A program made the position numbers and the translations under genes. This document shows, in pieces, positions 1 to 10,483 of a DNA stretch of 64,000 bases. The notes under the pieces are model-generated. The model saw only the letters and a list, made by a program, of their open reading frames with translations, was not told the DNA's origin and made no database searches. The stretch covers positions 448,001 to 512,000 of the forward strand of contig CAVXXK010000003.1 of the NCBI GenBank assembly GCA_963765675.1, written 5' to 3'. Each line of letters opens with the position of its first letter. Positions within the stretch are counted from its first letter, which is position 1. This DNA comes from an uncultured delta proteobacterium. GTDB lineage: Bacteria > Desulfobacterota > Binatia > Binatales > Binataceae.

Positions 1-359
1 TGATAGAGGCCGAAATGAAACGCGAGCGGCCACAGGATCATCGTCACGCGCTTCTGATGCACATTGAGCATGTCCCAGGTGCGCTTGTGCAGAGCGTGAA
101 GCTCCTTGAAACCTTGCGTCGTGCCGATAGGGCGAACGTCGAGGCGGCCTTCTATATCCAGAACCTTGGGAGCCTTGGGCGGCGCCGGCCTCGCTTCGGG
201 CGGCGTGGACGCGGGCTGCTCGGTGCGCTCGGATGCGGGCGCATCAGCGTCGAGCGCGACCGATTCCTTGAGCGCGGACGCGACGGCGCTCTGCACCCGG
301 CGCGAAACACGCGGCGAGATCATCGCTTCGATAAGGTCGCCGTCCTTCTCCGTCGCCAT
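1..359 (-). CDS. hypothetical protein, partial (3' end runs off the window)
   Basis: Hand-translated open frame from ATG 359: MATEKDGDLIEAMISPRVSRRVQSAV...HQKRVTMILWPLAFHFGLY, with no stop to the window edge; GC3-rich codons; AT-rich upstream region. Not in the ORF track because it has no stop. Confidence 0.65.
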   Translation of the reverse strand, partial: MATEKDGDLIEAMISPRVSRRVQSAVASALKESVALDADAPASERTEQPASTPPEARPAPPKAPKVLDIEGRLDVRPIGTTQGFKELHALHKRTWDMLNVHQKRVTMILWPLAFHFGLY

Positions 360-550
360 CGTGGATGCCGTCTCTTAAGTCTAATGGATGCTTAAGCTTT
401 CGGTCACAATTTTACGCCGCTGGTTTCATTCATGGTCAAAACATTACACGAGCACTTATAACCCGATGCGAGCAGGAACGAAAGCGCGTAATCAGAGCTG
501 GTTATCATCTATTAAACCATCTCAAAACACAATAAACATAAATAAATCAG

Positions 551-583
551 CAAAAAGAAAGGCGCCCTCGCGGACGCCTTTCT
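551..583 (-). terminator. rho-independent terminator after the aldehyde dehydrogenase
   Basis: AGAAAGGCG/CGCCTTTCT stem (556-583) followed by a U-run on the minus strand, 20 nt after the stop at 604. Confidence 0.8.
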
Positions 584-603
584 GTCAGAACGTTCTTTTC
601 AAG

Positions 604-2112
604 CTAGAGCTTGGTGTAGACCTGCTTGATCTGGGTGTAGAGCTCGAGCGCATGCTTGCCGAGTTCGCGCCCAAACCCTGACTGCTTGTAGCCGCCGAAC
701 GAACCCATCGGGTCGATCATCCCGTAGGTGTTGATCCAAACGGTGCCGGCCTTGAGTGCGCGCGCGACCTTGTGTGCGCGGCTCAAGTCTTTGGTCCACA
801 CCGCGGCGGCGAGTCCGTAGGTGGTGTCGTTGCCCTGAAAGACCACGTCGGCTTCGTCCTTGAACGGAATCGCCGAGGCGACCGGTCCAAAGATTTCTTC
901 GCGCGCAATCTTCATCCCGTTGTTCACACCCGAGAAGACTGTCGGCTGCACAAAGTAGCCGCGCTCTTGCGGTCCGGCTGCTCCGCCGGTCATCGCCTTG
1001 GCGCCCTCATCCTTGCCGGTCTTGAGGTAGCCCATAACGCGATCGTGCTGTTCCTTGGATACGAGCGGTCCCATCCGGGTGGCAGGATCGAGCCCGTTGC
1101 CGAGGGTCAGTCCCTTGGCCATCTGCGAGAGCGTGTCGGTGAACTGATCGTACATCGATTCCTGCACGAACACGCGCGAGCCGGCGCAGCATACCTGTCC
1201 CTGGTTCATGAAGATGCCGAGCATCGAGCCGAACGCGGCCGCCTTCATGTCTGCGTCGGGGAAAATGATGTTGGGCGACTTGCCGCCGAGCTCGAGCGAC
1301 ACGTGCTTCAGGTTTCCTGCTGAGGCTTTCAGGATCAGCTTGCCGACTTCGGTCGATCCGGTGAACGCAACCTTGTCGATATCAGGATGCTCGGCGATCG
1401 AGCTGCCGGCGCCGGGTCCGAATCCGGTGATGATCTGCACCACGCTCTCGGGGAGTCCGGCTTCGAGGATCAACTCGCCCAGGCGCAGCGCGGTGAGCGG
1501 CGTCTGCTCGGCGGGCTTTAAGATCACGACGTTGCCGCATGCGAGCGCGGGGGCGATTTTCCAGCTCGCCATCAAGAGCGGGAAGTTCCACGGGATGATC
1601 TGGCCGCATACGCCGACCGGCTCGCGCAGCGTGAAGCTGAACATGTCGGGATCGGACGGATTGGTCTCGCCGTAGATCTTCGAAGCCCATCCGGCGTAGT
1701 AGCGAAAGGTCTCGGCCGCGCCGGGGATATCGATATTCTTGGACTCGAAGATCGCCTTGCCGTTGTCGAGCGTCTCGAGCTCGGCGAGTTCCTCGGCGTT
1801 CTGTTCAATCAGGTCGGCGATCTTGAGCAGGAAGCGCGTCCGCTGATGCGGTCCCATCGTGCCCCACTTGCCCTGCTCGAGGGCCTTACGCGCATTCTTG
1901 ACCGCCTCGTCAACGTCGGCCTTGTCGCCCTCGGCGACAATAGCAAGGACTTCCTCATTGGCGGGGTTGAGGGTTTCGAAGGTCTTGCCGGACTTCGCCG
2001 GTACCCATTTGCCGCCGATCAGAAGCTTTTTGGGGCCGCTTTTGAGAAATTGGAGAGCGGCGGGATTTTTCGCGCCACGCGCGGCGGATTCAATGGAAAG
2101 TGATGCTGCCAT
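604..2112 (-). CDS. NAD-dependent aldehyde dehydrogenase
   Basis: IIPWNFP, FTGSTEVG, LELGGKSP, NQGQVCCAG and EEIFGPV motifs. Confidence 0.97.
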   Translation of the reverse strand: MAASLSIESAARGAKNPAALQFLKSGPKKLLIGGKWVPAKSGKTFETLNPANEEVLAIVAEGDKADVDEAVKNARKALEQGKWGTMGPHQRTRFLLKIADLIEQNAEELAELETLDNGKAIFESKNIDIPGAAETFRYYAGWASKIYGETNPSDPDMFSFTLREPVGVCGQIIPWNFPLLMASWKIAPALACGNVVILKPAEQTPLTALRLGELILEAGLPESVVQIITGFGPGAGSSIAEHPDIDKVAFTGSTEVGKLILKASAGNLKHVSLELGGKSPNIIFPDADMKAAAFGSMLGIFMNQGQVCCAGSRVFVQESMYDQFTDTLSQMAKGLTLGNGLDPATRMGPLVSKEQHDRVMGYLKTGKDEGAKAMTGGAAGPQERGYFVQPTVFSGVNNGMKIAREEIFGPVASAIPFKDEADVVFQGNDTTYGLAAAVWTKDLSRAHKVARALKAGTVWINTYGMIDPMGSFGGYKQSGFGRELGKHALELYTQIKQVYTKL

Positions 2113-2389
2113 AGCGAACTTCTCCTGTATGGTTTTGCTCTGGTGTCAATCGTCGTCGGCGGGATGTCCGCTCCCGAATCCGGGCGAACGAACGCTCAGA
2201 GGGATGTGCTCAACTTTGGGATCGTAGTCCATCCGAGCCTGAGTAGCAAAGTGCAACGCCTCATCAGATGTCGCCGGCGTCTGCTACTTGCTTCGGAGGC
2301 GCCGAGCGCGGGGGTACGTGACGCACGGGGCGGCAGTCGGTATCCTTGGGCGGGCGCGCTTTCGCTTGCGCGAATTGGGGGGCTCGCTG

Positions 2390-3655
2390 GTGGAGCAAAT
2401 CGAAAAATCGCACTCGCAGCGCACAACGATTATCGCCGGGATGGCGGGGAACATCCTCGAGTGGTACGACTTTTCGGTTTACGGATTTTTTGCCGAATCG
2501 ATCGGGCAGAACTTTTTTCCCTCGCATAGCCGCACCACCTCGCTGATGGAGGCGTTCGCCGTATTCGCGGCCGGCTTTCTGATGCGCCCGTTCGGAGCGC
2601 TGATCTTCGGCCATATGGGCGACCGCAAGGGGCGCGAGTACGCGCTCACCCTCTCGGTGCTTGCGATGGCGATCCCGACTTTTTTCATCGGACTGCTTCC
2701 GAGCTACAGCCAGATCGGCGTCACTGCAACGGTCGCGATGGTGGTCCTGCGCCTGGTGCAGGGCTTGTCGGTCGGCGGCGAATACACCACCTCGGTCGTG
2801 TTCATGGTCGAGCGAGCGCCGAGTGATCGCCGCGGAAGAATCGGCGCGTTCGGCGCCGCGGGCGCATTCGGCGGCGTGCTGCTCGGTTCGGCGGTGGGAG
2901 GAATCGTGGCGGCGCTGATGCCCTCGGCGGCGCTGCATCAGTGGGGATGGCGGATCCCGTTTCTGGCTGGAATCTCGATCGGCGTGGCCGGATATCTGAT
3001 GCGCCGCGAACTGCGCGTGGGCGCCACGATCGCACACGCTGCCCCGCCTCCGCTAGGCCAGGTTCTGCGCGCGCATTGGCCCACAATCCTCCAGGTTACG
3101 AGCTTCAAAGCGCTCGACGCGGTCGGCTTCTACCTGATGTTCGTGTACGCGACGACCTATCTGACGGAGATCGTCGGGCTGTCCAAAGGACACGCGATGG
3201 CGATCAACACGCTGGGGATGGCGGCCGCGATAATCGCGCTGCCGATCGCGGGCGCTCTGTCCGATCGCTTTGGGCGCAAGCCGCTTGCGTTCGGCGCTGC
3301 TCTCGGCGTGCTGCTCTTCGCGCGTCCGCTGTTCCATCTCCTGTGGCATCCGCGGCTCTCGGTTCCTCTGGCCGGACAAATGGGCTTTGCGATGATCATT
3401 GCGATGTTCGAAGGCGTGTCGGCGGCTGCCGCCGCCGAGGCGTTTCCCGCGAGCGTGCGATGCGTCGGCGTCGCGATCAGCCACAACCTGTGCATGGCGG
3501 TGCTGGGCGGGACGGCGCCGATGGTGGCGACCTACCTGATCGCGCGCACGCATGACGAGTTCGCGCCGCCGATATACCTGATGGCCGCCGCCGCGATTTC
3601 CGCGATCGTCGTGCTCACGATGCGCGAAACGGCGAAGCTTCCCCTGGCCGAGTGA
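2390..3655 (+). CDS. MFS transporter, metabolite:H+ symporter (ProP/CitA-like)
   Basis: GNILEWYDF, RPFGALIFGHMGDRKGR and QGLSVGGEY motifs; GTG 2390 preferred over the track start at 2288. Confidence 0.92.
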   Translation: MEQIEKSHSQRTTIIAGMAGNILEWYDFSVYGFFAESIGQNFFPSHSRTTSLMEAFAVFAAGFLMRPFGALIFGHMGDRKGREYALTLSVLAMAIPTFFIGLLPSYSQIGVTATVAMVVLRLVQGLSVGGEYTTSVVFMVERAPSDRRGRIGAFGAAGAFGGVLLGSAVGGIVAALMPSAALHQWGWRIPFLAGISIGVAGYLMRRELRVGATIAHAAPPPLGQVLRAHWPTILQVTSFKALDAVGFYLMFVYATTYLTEIVGLSKGHAMAINTLGMAAAIIALPIAGALSDRFGRKPLAFGAALGVLLFARPLFHLLWHPRLSVPLAGQMGFAMIIAMFEGVSAAAAAEAFPASVRCVGVAISHNLCMAVLGGTAPMVATYLIARTHDEFAPPIYLMAAAAISAIVVLTMRETAKLPLAE

Positions 3656-3710
3656 CGCGCGCTTTGCCCGCACGCTCCGGGGCGGATATTCTCGCACGCG
3701 AAGTATTATC

Positions 3711-6425
3711 GTGACGGTCAAGCAGACACCTCTTATTGCGCAGTACTTAAGCGTCAAGCAGCGAGTGCCCGACGCGATCCTGTTTTTTCGCCTGGGCGAT
3801 TTTTACGAGATGTTCTTCGAGGACGCCGAGGTCGGCGCGCGCGTGCTCGATATCCAGCTCACCTCGCGATCGAAAGACGGCGTGCCGCTGTGCGGTGTTC
3901 CCTACCACGCGGCCGAGCCGTACATCGCCAAGCTGATCAAGGCCGGCCACAAGGTCGCGATTTGCGAGCAGGGCGCGCAGGACAAGGGCGCCGACGGCAA
4001 GCCGCGCGGAATCATGACGCGGCAGATCGTGCGCGTGATCACGCCCGGCACCGTCGGCGAGGAGACGGTGCTGGTCTCAGGCGAGAAGAATTATCTGGTT
4101 GCGGTCGTGCGCGACAGCGCTCCAGACGCTCCTATGGAGGAAGGCCGCCCTCACCCGCGCGGCGATTCGCCGCGCCGCCCTCTCCCGGAGGGAGAGGGTA
4201 TGATCAAGAACGCCGCGCCGCGCGGAGGTGTCGCCGAGGGAGCGGCTACGACTGGTGGATTTGCGATCGCGGCGGTCGATGTTTCGACCGGAGAGTTTGT
4301 CGCGGCGCGAATCGGTAACCGGCATGGACTGGCCGAAGAGCTGGCGCGGCTGGCGCCGCGGGAAATCGTCTTTTTCGCGGGCGATCCAGAACTTAAAGTA
4401 ATCCTTGAAGAGCTCGGTGCGCCTGTCACCGCACTTGATTCCGACGCGGTGGCCGAGGCGAAAGCCGCGTTGACCGCGCGTTTCGGAGCGGCCGCCGCAC
4501 TCGACGAACCGATCGTCCTCGCCGCGGGCGCCGCTCTGATCTATCTGGAACGCAACTTCGGTCATAATCTCGCGCATCTGGCGCCGCCGACGGTTTATCA
4601 GGCCGCCGAATACATGATGGTCGATGAAACCACGCGGCGGCATCTCGAGCTGACCGCCTCGAGCGACGGCGCGCGCCGCGGCTCACTGCTCTCGATCCTC
4701 GACGAGACCGTGACCGCTCCCGGTGCGCGCACGCTCGCGAACTGGATCGTCTACCCGATGCTCTCGCCGCGCGCGATCGCGGATCGGCATGACGCGGTCG
4801 CCGAGCTGTTCGACGCCGACCTTGGCGGCGCGGTCGAAAGCGCGCTCAAGCGAATCGGCGACCTCGAGCGGCTCGCCGGACGGCTCGGCGCGATGCGCGC
4901 GTCACCGCGCGATTGTGTTCACCTGGCGCGGGCGCTCGATGCGGCGGCATCTCTTCGTGAATGGATGCGCGAGCGAAGCAGCTCGCTGATTCGCGACCTG
5001 GCGGCGCGGATCGCGCCCGATCCCGCGCTCGCTGCCCTGATCGACGCGACCCTCAGCGACGAGCCTCCCGTCAATCCGCGCGACGGCAATTTGATTCGCG
5101 CCGGCTACAGCGCCGAGGTTGACGAGCTGCGCGGGCTGTCGTCGGGCGCGCGCGAGGTTCTGGCGCGACTCGAAGTCTCGGAGCGCGAACGCACAGGAAT
5201 CGCCTCGCTCAAGGTCCGCTACAACAACGTGTTCGGTTACTATATCGAGGTCACCAAGACTCACATCGAGCGCGTGCCGGCCGACTACGAACGCAAGCAG
5301 ACGATCGCAACCGGTGAACGCTACACCACCGCGGCGCTCAAGGAACTCGAGCGCAAGATTCTCTCGGCCGAGAGCGGGCTCAAGGAACTAGAGCTGCAAC
5401 TTTTCACCGGCCTGCTGCGCGACCTGCAATCGCATAGCGCGGAAATCATGGCGGCGGCGCGCGCGATCGGTGAGTTCGACGCGCTCGCCTCGCTGGCGAA
5501 AGTGGCGCGACGGCGCGGCTACGTGCGCCCGGTGATGAATTCCTCGCGCCGGATCCGGATCCGCGACGGACGGCATCCTGTTCTCGAAGCCGGGATGCGC
5601 GCGGGCGAGTTCGTGCCCAACGACCTCGACGCCGACCCCGACACGCGCCAGCTCCTGCTGATCACCGGACCGAACATGGCGGGCAAGTCGACCTACCTGC
5701 GTCAGGTCGCTCTCATCGTGATCATGGCGCATCTCGGGAGCTTCGTGCCGGCTACCGAGGCCTCGATCGGAATCGTCGATTCGGTGATGACCCGAATCGG
5801 CGCGCGCGACGAGCTGCGCCGCGGCGAATCGACCTTCATGGTGGAAATGAGCGAGACCGCGCGGCTGCTCGGAGGCCTGACCGATCGGAGCCTCTTGCTG
5901 CTCGACGAGGTCGGGCGCGGCACCAGCACCTTCGACGGCCTTGCGATCGCGTGGGCGGTCGCCGAATACCTGCACGATTCGGCGCGCGCCAAGGTGCTGT
6001 TCGCTACTCATTTCCATGAGCTGACCGATCTTGCGCGCGAGCGTCCGCGAGTGAAGAATTTGAGCATGGCGGTGCGCGAGTGGGGTGGCGAGGTGCTGTT
6101 TCTGCGCCGGGTGATCGAGCAGCCGGCCTCGCGCAGCTATGGAATTGAAGTCGCGCGACTGGCCGGGCTACCCAACTCGATCATCGCTCGCGCCCGCGAA
6201 ATCCTCTCCAATCTCGAGCAAGGCGAGCTCGATGAAACCGGCGGCGTGCGCCTGGCGCACGAACGCAGCGCCGAGCGCGCAACCCCGCAGCTCGGCTTGT
6301 TCGCGCCAACTGAGAGCCGCGTTGTGGACGAATTGCGTGCCCTCGAGATCGATCGGCTGACTCCCGTCGATGCGCTAAACCTGCTCGCCGCGATACGCGC
6401 GCGGCTCAAGAAAGACGGCACCTGA
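3711..6425 (+). CDS. mutS: DNA mismatch repair protein MutS, with a ~45-aa repeat-derived insert
   Basis: TPLIAQY, LFFRLGDFYEMFFEDA, ITGPNMAGKSTY, STFMVEM, DEVGRGTST, FATHFHEL, SYGIEVA. Confidence 0.98.
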   Translation: MTVKQTPLIAQYLSVKQRVPDAILFFRLGDFYEMFFEDAEVGARVLDIQLTSRSKDGVPLCGVPYHAAEPYIAKLIKAGHKVAICEQGAQDKGADGKPRGIMTRQIVRVITPGTVGEETVLVSGEKNYLVAVVRDSAPDAPMEEGRPHPRGDSPRRPLPEGEGMIKNAAPRGGVAEGAATTGGFAIAAVDVSTGEFVAARIGNRHGLAEELARLAPREIVFFAGDPELKVILEELGAPVTALDSDAVAEAKAALTARFGAAAALDEPIVLAAGAALIYLERNFGHNLAHLAPPTVYQAAEYMMVDETTRRHLELTASSDGARRGSLLSILDETVTAPGARTLANWIVYPMLSPRAIADRHDAVAELFDADLGGAVESALKRIGDLERLAGRLGAMRASPRDCVHLARALDAAASLREWMRERSSSLIRDLAARIAPDPALAALIDATLSDEPPVNPRDGNLIRAGYSAEVDELRGLSSGAREVLARLEVSERERTGIASLKVRYNNVFGYYIEVTKTHIERVPADYERKQTIATGERYTTAALKELERKILSAESGLKELELQLFTGLLRDLQSHSAEIMAAARAIGEFDALASLAKVARRRGYVRPVMNSSRRIRIRDGRHPVLEAGMRAGEFVPNDLDADPDTRQLLLITGPNMAGKSTYLRQVALIVIMAHLGSFVPATEASIGIVDSVMTRIGARDELRRGESTFMVEMSETARLLGGLTDRSLLLLDEVGRGTSTFDGLAIAWAVAEYLHDSARAKVLFATHFHELTDLARERPRVKNLSMAVREWGGEVLFLRRVIEQPASRSYGIEVARLAGLPNSIIARAREILSNLEQGELDETGGVRLAHERSAERATPQLGLFAPTESRVVDELRALEIDRLTPVDALNLLAAIRARLKKDGT
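4141..4199 (+). repeat. family A palindromic repeat, truncated copy in frame inside mutS
   Basis: aaggccgccctcacccgcgc-ggcgattcgcc-gcgccgccctctcccggagggagagggt matches the intergenic copies at ~23075, 34107, 43682 and 47692. Confidence 0.9.
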
Positions 6426-6452
6426 CGCCCGAAGGATCATGCGGAGGCGGCG

Positions 6453-7745
6453 GTGGTGAGGAGCGGAAGAAGATCGCGCGCGGACACGAGGGTTGCGGCA
6501 CTCGCAGTTGTTGCGGGGATTTTGGCGATCCTTGGCGCGCAGGCCGCGCGCGCTTCGATCAATTCCGCCACGCTCAATTCCGCAACGATCACAAGGAGCG
6601 GAGCCGTGTCCGAGTTGCGCTTTGGATTTGCCGGCGTCGCGCCCAAATGGAACCTCAGTGCGCACGGGCAGGAGCTCTGGATCGATCTTCCGCGCACCCG
6701 CTCGCAAGTTCCGCCGCGGCCGGTCTACGGCCTCGAGGTCAAGCCAATCACTGCGCTGCGGGTCCTCGATACCGGCGACGGCGCCGCGCGGATCGTGCTC
6801 GAGGTTGACGGAAAGATCGACTACGCGATCGCGCGCTGGCCGCATCAGATTGTCCTGCGAGTCGCTCCGGCCGGCGCCGTGCCGAACCTCGCCGGAGCGC
6901 TGCTGGCGATGCGCGAGCCGCACGACGCGCCCTCGCCTGTCCGACTTTCAGCGCTGCGGCACGCGCCGATCCCCGTCGCGCGCGAGGTCGCGCCGCCGTC
7001 GGCGCCAATAATCGGCGTGGCGCAGGATCACCAGCGCGTGCGGGGGCATCCGCTGGTGATGATCGATCCCGGCCACGGCGGCTACGATCCGGGCACCAGC
7101 TCGGCCAGTGGAATTCAGGAGAAGACGCTTGCGCTGGAAATCGCGACCCGGGTTGCGAGCGCCCTCGAGGCGCGCGGAATCAACGCCGCGATGACGCGCA
7201 CGACCGACGTCTTCATCCCGCTCGGCGGGCGGACGAAAATCGCCAACGACGCGGACGCCGATCTGTTCGTCTCGATCCATCTGAATTCGAGCCCGAATCT
7301 CGCGACCACCGGAATCGAGGTCTACTATCTGAACAACACCACCGACCGTGCGACGATCCGCCTGGCGCGGATGGAGAATTCGCAAGCCGCGCGCGGCTAT
7401 GGCGCGCCCGCCGAGCCCAACTTAAACTACATCCTGACCGACCTGCGCCAGCAGTATAAGGCGACGGAGGCGGCGTCGCTTGCGCGGATGATCGATGCGC
7501 AGGCGGTGGCGGATTTGAACGCGGAATTTGGAATCGACGTGAACGCATTGGGAGCCAAGATGGGTCCGTTCTACATATTGGTCGGCGCGCAGATGCCGTC
7601 GGTGCTGATCGAGTGCGGGTTCCTGTCCAATGAAGGCGAAGCGCAGCGCCTCACGTCGGCGCGGTATCAGCAAACCCTCGCCGACGGTATCGCCGACGCG
7701 ATCGTCCATTACCTCAAGGCCGACGCCGCCGTGGGCAATCTGTGA
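6453..7745 (+). CDS. N-acetylmuramoyl-L-alanine amidase (AMIN-like + Amidase_3)
   Basis: N-terminal signal/TM segment; IDPGHGG, QEK, FVSIHLN and VLIECGF zinc-amidase motifs. Confidence 0.93.
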   Translation: MVRSGRRSRADTRVAALAVVAGILAILGAQAARASINSATLNSATITRSGAVSELRFGFAGVAPKWNLSAHGQELWIDLPRTRSQVPPRPVYGLEVKPITALRVLDTGDGAARIVLEVDGKIDYAIARWPHQIVLRVAPAGAVPNLAGALLAMREPHDAPSPVRLSALRHAPIPVAREVAPPSAPIIGVAQDHQRVRGHPLVMIDPGHGGYDPGTSSASGIQEKTLALEIATRVASALEARGINAAMTRTTDVFIPLGGRTKIANDADADLFVSIHLNSSPNLATTGIEVYYLNNTTDRATIRLARMENSQAARGYGAPAEPNLNYILTDLRQQYKATEAASLARMIDAQAVADLNAEFGIDVNALGAKMGPFYILVGAQMPSVLIECGFLSNEGEAQRLTSARYQQTLADGIADAIVHYLKADAAVGNL

Positions 7746-10483
7746 GCGGCGGTATCCGAACCTCGGAGGCGGCGCGCCGGCCCGCTCCGCGCGGCGAAGA
7801 TTTTTTGCTGCGCGAGTTCGAAGCCACGCGCACTCCCGGTGCGACCGCGCGCGCCTACGTGGCCTCTGTCCGCGAGGAGCTGGGCGAGATTCATTTCAAG
7901 GGCGCCAGCGGCGGCGAGATCGTGCGGCTCTACACCGCGGCAATGGACGATCTGCTGCGCGCGCTGTATCGCTATGCCGACGCCGAGCATGGCCGCCGCT
8001 TTCCCAAGCTCCACCAGCGAATCGCGATCGTCGCGCGCGGCGGTTACGGCCGAAGCGAGCTCAATCCGCAATCCGACGTCGATCTTCTGTTCCTGCACGA
8101 TTACAAGCGCGGCCCGTACGTCGAGATCGTAACCGAGATCATTCTGCACGCGATGTGGGACGCGGGCCTGGTCGTCGGACACGGCGTGCGCACCGCGCGC
8201 GAATGCGTGCGCCTGGCCAACGACGATCTGAAAGAAAAAACCGCGCTGCTCGACGCGCGCTATCTGGGCGGCGACGAGAAACTCTACGCCGATCTCGACA
8301 AGCTCCTAATCGCCGAAGTGCTGAACCGCAACCAGCAGAAGTTTTTCAAAGCCAAGCTCGAAGAGAGCCGCGAACGCCACGCGAAGTACGGCGACTCGAT
8401 CTACCTGCTCGAGCCGCAGCTCAAGGAAGGCGAAGGCGGCCTACGCGATCTTCACACCGCGATGTGGCTGGCGAAGGTCAAGTACAAGGTTCATTCGCTC
8501 GAAGAGCTGGTGCAAAAGGCGGTCATCACCGACGACGAGCGCGCCAGCGTCGTTGAGGCGCGCGATTTCCTGTGGCGCGTGCGCAACTCGCTGCACTTCA
8601 TCAACCATCGCCATTTCGATCAGCTGACCTTCGAGATGCAGGAGCGAATCGAGCCAATGCTCGGAATGGCGCCGCTCGACGGGCAGACCGCGGGCTCGGC
8701 GCTGATGCGCGCGTACTACCAGCATGCGAGCACGATCTATCAATTCGCCGAGGGGCTGATCGCGCGAGTGGTCGAGGGTCCCGCGGCGCGCGGCTTTCTG
8801 CGCCGCACTCCCGTCAGGCAAATTCGGCCCGGCGTGCTGGTGCAGCAGAAGCTGCTCGCGATCGGCGACCCGGATCTGTTCAAAGAAGATCCGCTTAACC
8901 TGATCGCGATCTACGCCGACTGCCAGGCGCAGGACGTCGAGCTCTCGGGCAGCGCCTACCAGCTCGTGCGCGACAACCTGGGTTTGATCGACGACGCGAT
9001 GCGCCATAACCCGGCGACCGGCAAAGCCTTGATGCAGATTCTGTCGCATCGCGGACGCGTCGCCGACACGCTCGAGGCGATGCATCGCGCGGGCGTGCTG
9101 GGCGCGATCATCCCCGAGTTCGGAAATCTCTACGCGCGCGTGCTGCACGACCTTTACCACATCTATACCGTCGATCGTCATTCACTCGCCGCCGTGCGCG
9201 AGCTCGAGCGCCTGCGCGCCGGAGAGTTCAAGGACGCGACTCCTCTGCTGACCGAAGTCGCGCGCGAGCTGGATTGCCTGCCGCTGGTTTTCCTTGCGCT
9301 GCTCCTGCACGACATCGGCAAGGGCCATGGCCATGACCATCACGAGCTCGGCGCGACTCTCACCGCCGAGGTCTCGAACCGCTTGGGACTCGACCCCGAG
9401 GAAATCGATCTGGTGGTGTTCCTGGTGCGCAACCATCTGATGATGTCGCAGGTCGCGCAGAAAGGAGATATCGACGACCAGCGCACGGTGGACGAATTCG
9501 CGCGGCAGGCCGGTTCAATCGATCGCCTGAAGGCGCTGTACCTCTTGACCTACGCCGACATGCGCGCGGTCGCGCCCAAGGTTTACAACAACTGGCGCGA
9601 CATGCTGCTCTCCGATCTCTACATGCGCGCGCTCAAACTGATGGAGCAGCGCGATCGCGAGGCTGTCGATCCCGCGCGGCGGCTGGCAACGGTAAAGAAC
9701 TCGGTGCGCGAGCAGCTCGCGCCGTCTGGCGCGCCCAAAGAGGAGATCGAGGCGTTCCTCGACGAGATGCCCGAGCGCTATTTCTTCACCGTCCCGGAAA
9801 ACGACATCGCGCTGCATTTTGATCTGATGCGCGCGCTCGGCGACCGGCCCGTGGTCACGCGCAATCGCCATTTTCCGGATCTCGAATTCAGCGAATTTAT
9901 CGTGGTGACGCGCGACCGGCCCGGACTGTTCTCGATGATCGCGGGCGCGCTCACCGCGAATAATCTCAACATCCTCTCCGCGCGAATCACCACCCGCGCG
10001 GGCGGAATTGCGCTCGACGTGTTCCGCGTGTCGCATCTGATGGGCGCAGGCGTGATGGCGATGGAGGAAGACCGCTGGCAGCGCGTGCAGCGCGACCTCG
10101 AACGCGCAATCACCGGCGAGCAGGATATCGCGCAGATCGTCGCGGCTGCTCACCATGTGAAAGATGCCGGACGCCGCTTCACCCGCCGCGTCGCGACCGA
10201 AGTCACCCTCGACAATCGCACCTCGGAGCAGTTCACCGTGCTCGACGTGTTCACCCAGGACCGCGTCGGGCTTCTTTTCACGATCACGCACACGCTGTTC
10301 GAGCTCGGGATGCGGATTCATCTGGCGCGCATCTCGACCAATGCCGACCAGGCACTCGACGTTTTTTACGTGAGCGATAGCGACGGCGAAAAGATCACCG
10401 ACCTCGCGCGGATGCGCCTGCTCAAGGAGACGCTCGAGGCGCGGCTGGCCGAAAATCCCGCGCAAGGGAGCGGCACGCCTTGA
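7742..10483 (+). CDS. glnD: [protein-PII] uridylyltransferase/uridylyl-removing enzyme
   Basis: ARGGYGRSELNPQSDVDL nucleotidyltransferase motif, LKEGEGGLRD, HD domain (YTVDRH...LLHDIGKG), two ACT domains (DRPGLF, DRVGLL). Confidence 0.97.
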   Translation: MSGGIRTSEAARRPAPRGEDFLLREFEATRTPGATARAYVASVREELGEIHFKGASGGEIVRLYTAAMDDLLRALYRYADAEHGRRFPKLHQRIAIVARGGYGRSELNPQSDVDLLFLHDYKRGPYVEIVTEIILHAMWDAGLVVGHGVRTARECVRLANDDLKEKTALLDARYLGGDEKLYADLDKLLIAEVLNRNQQKFFKAKLEESRERHAKYGDSIYLLEPQLKEGEGGLRDLHTAMWLAKVKYKVHSLEELVQKAVITDDERASVVEARDFLWRVRNSLHFINHRHFDQLTFEMQERIEPMLGMAPLDGQTAGSALMRAYYQHASTIYQFAEGLIARVVEGPAARGFLRRTPVRQIRPGVLVQQKLLAIGDPDLFKEDPLNLIAIYADCQAQDVELSGSAYQLVRDNLGLIDDAMRHNPATGKALMQILSHRGRVADTLEAMHRAGVLGAIIPEFGNLYARVLHDLYHIYTVDRHSLAAVRELERLRAGEFKDATPLLTEVARELDCLPLVFLALLLHDIGKGHGHDHHELGATLTAEVSNRLGLDPEEIDLVVFLVRNHLMMSQVAQKGDIDDQRTVDEFARQAGSIDRLKALYLLTYADMRAVAPKVYNNWRDMLLSDLYMRALKLMEQRDREAVDPARRLATVKNSVREQLAPSGAPKEEIEAFLDEMPERYFFTVPENDIALHFDLMRALGDRPVVTRNRHFPDLEFSEFIVVTRDRPGLFSMIAGALTANNLNILSARITTRAGGIALDVFRVSHLMGAGVMAMEEDRWQRVQRDLERAITGEQDIAQIVAAAHHVKDAGRRFTRRVATEVTLDNRTSEQFTVLDVFTQDRVGLLFTITHTLFELGMRIHLARISTNADQALDVFYVSDSDGEKITDLARMRLLKETLEARLAENPAQGSGTP

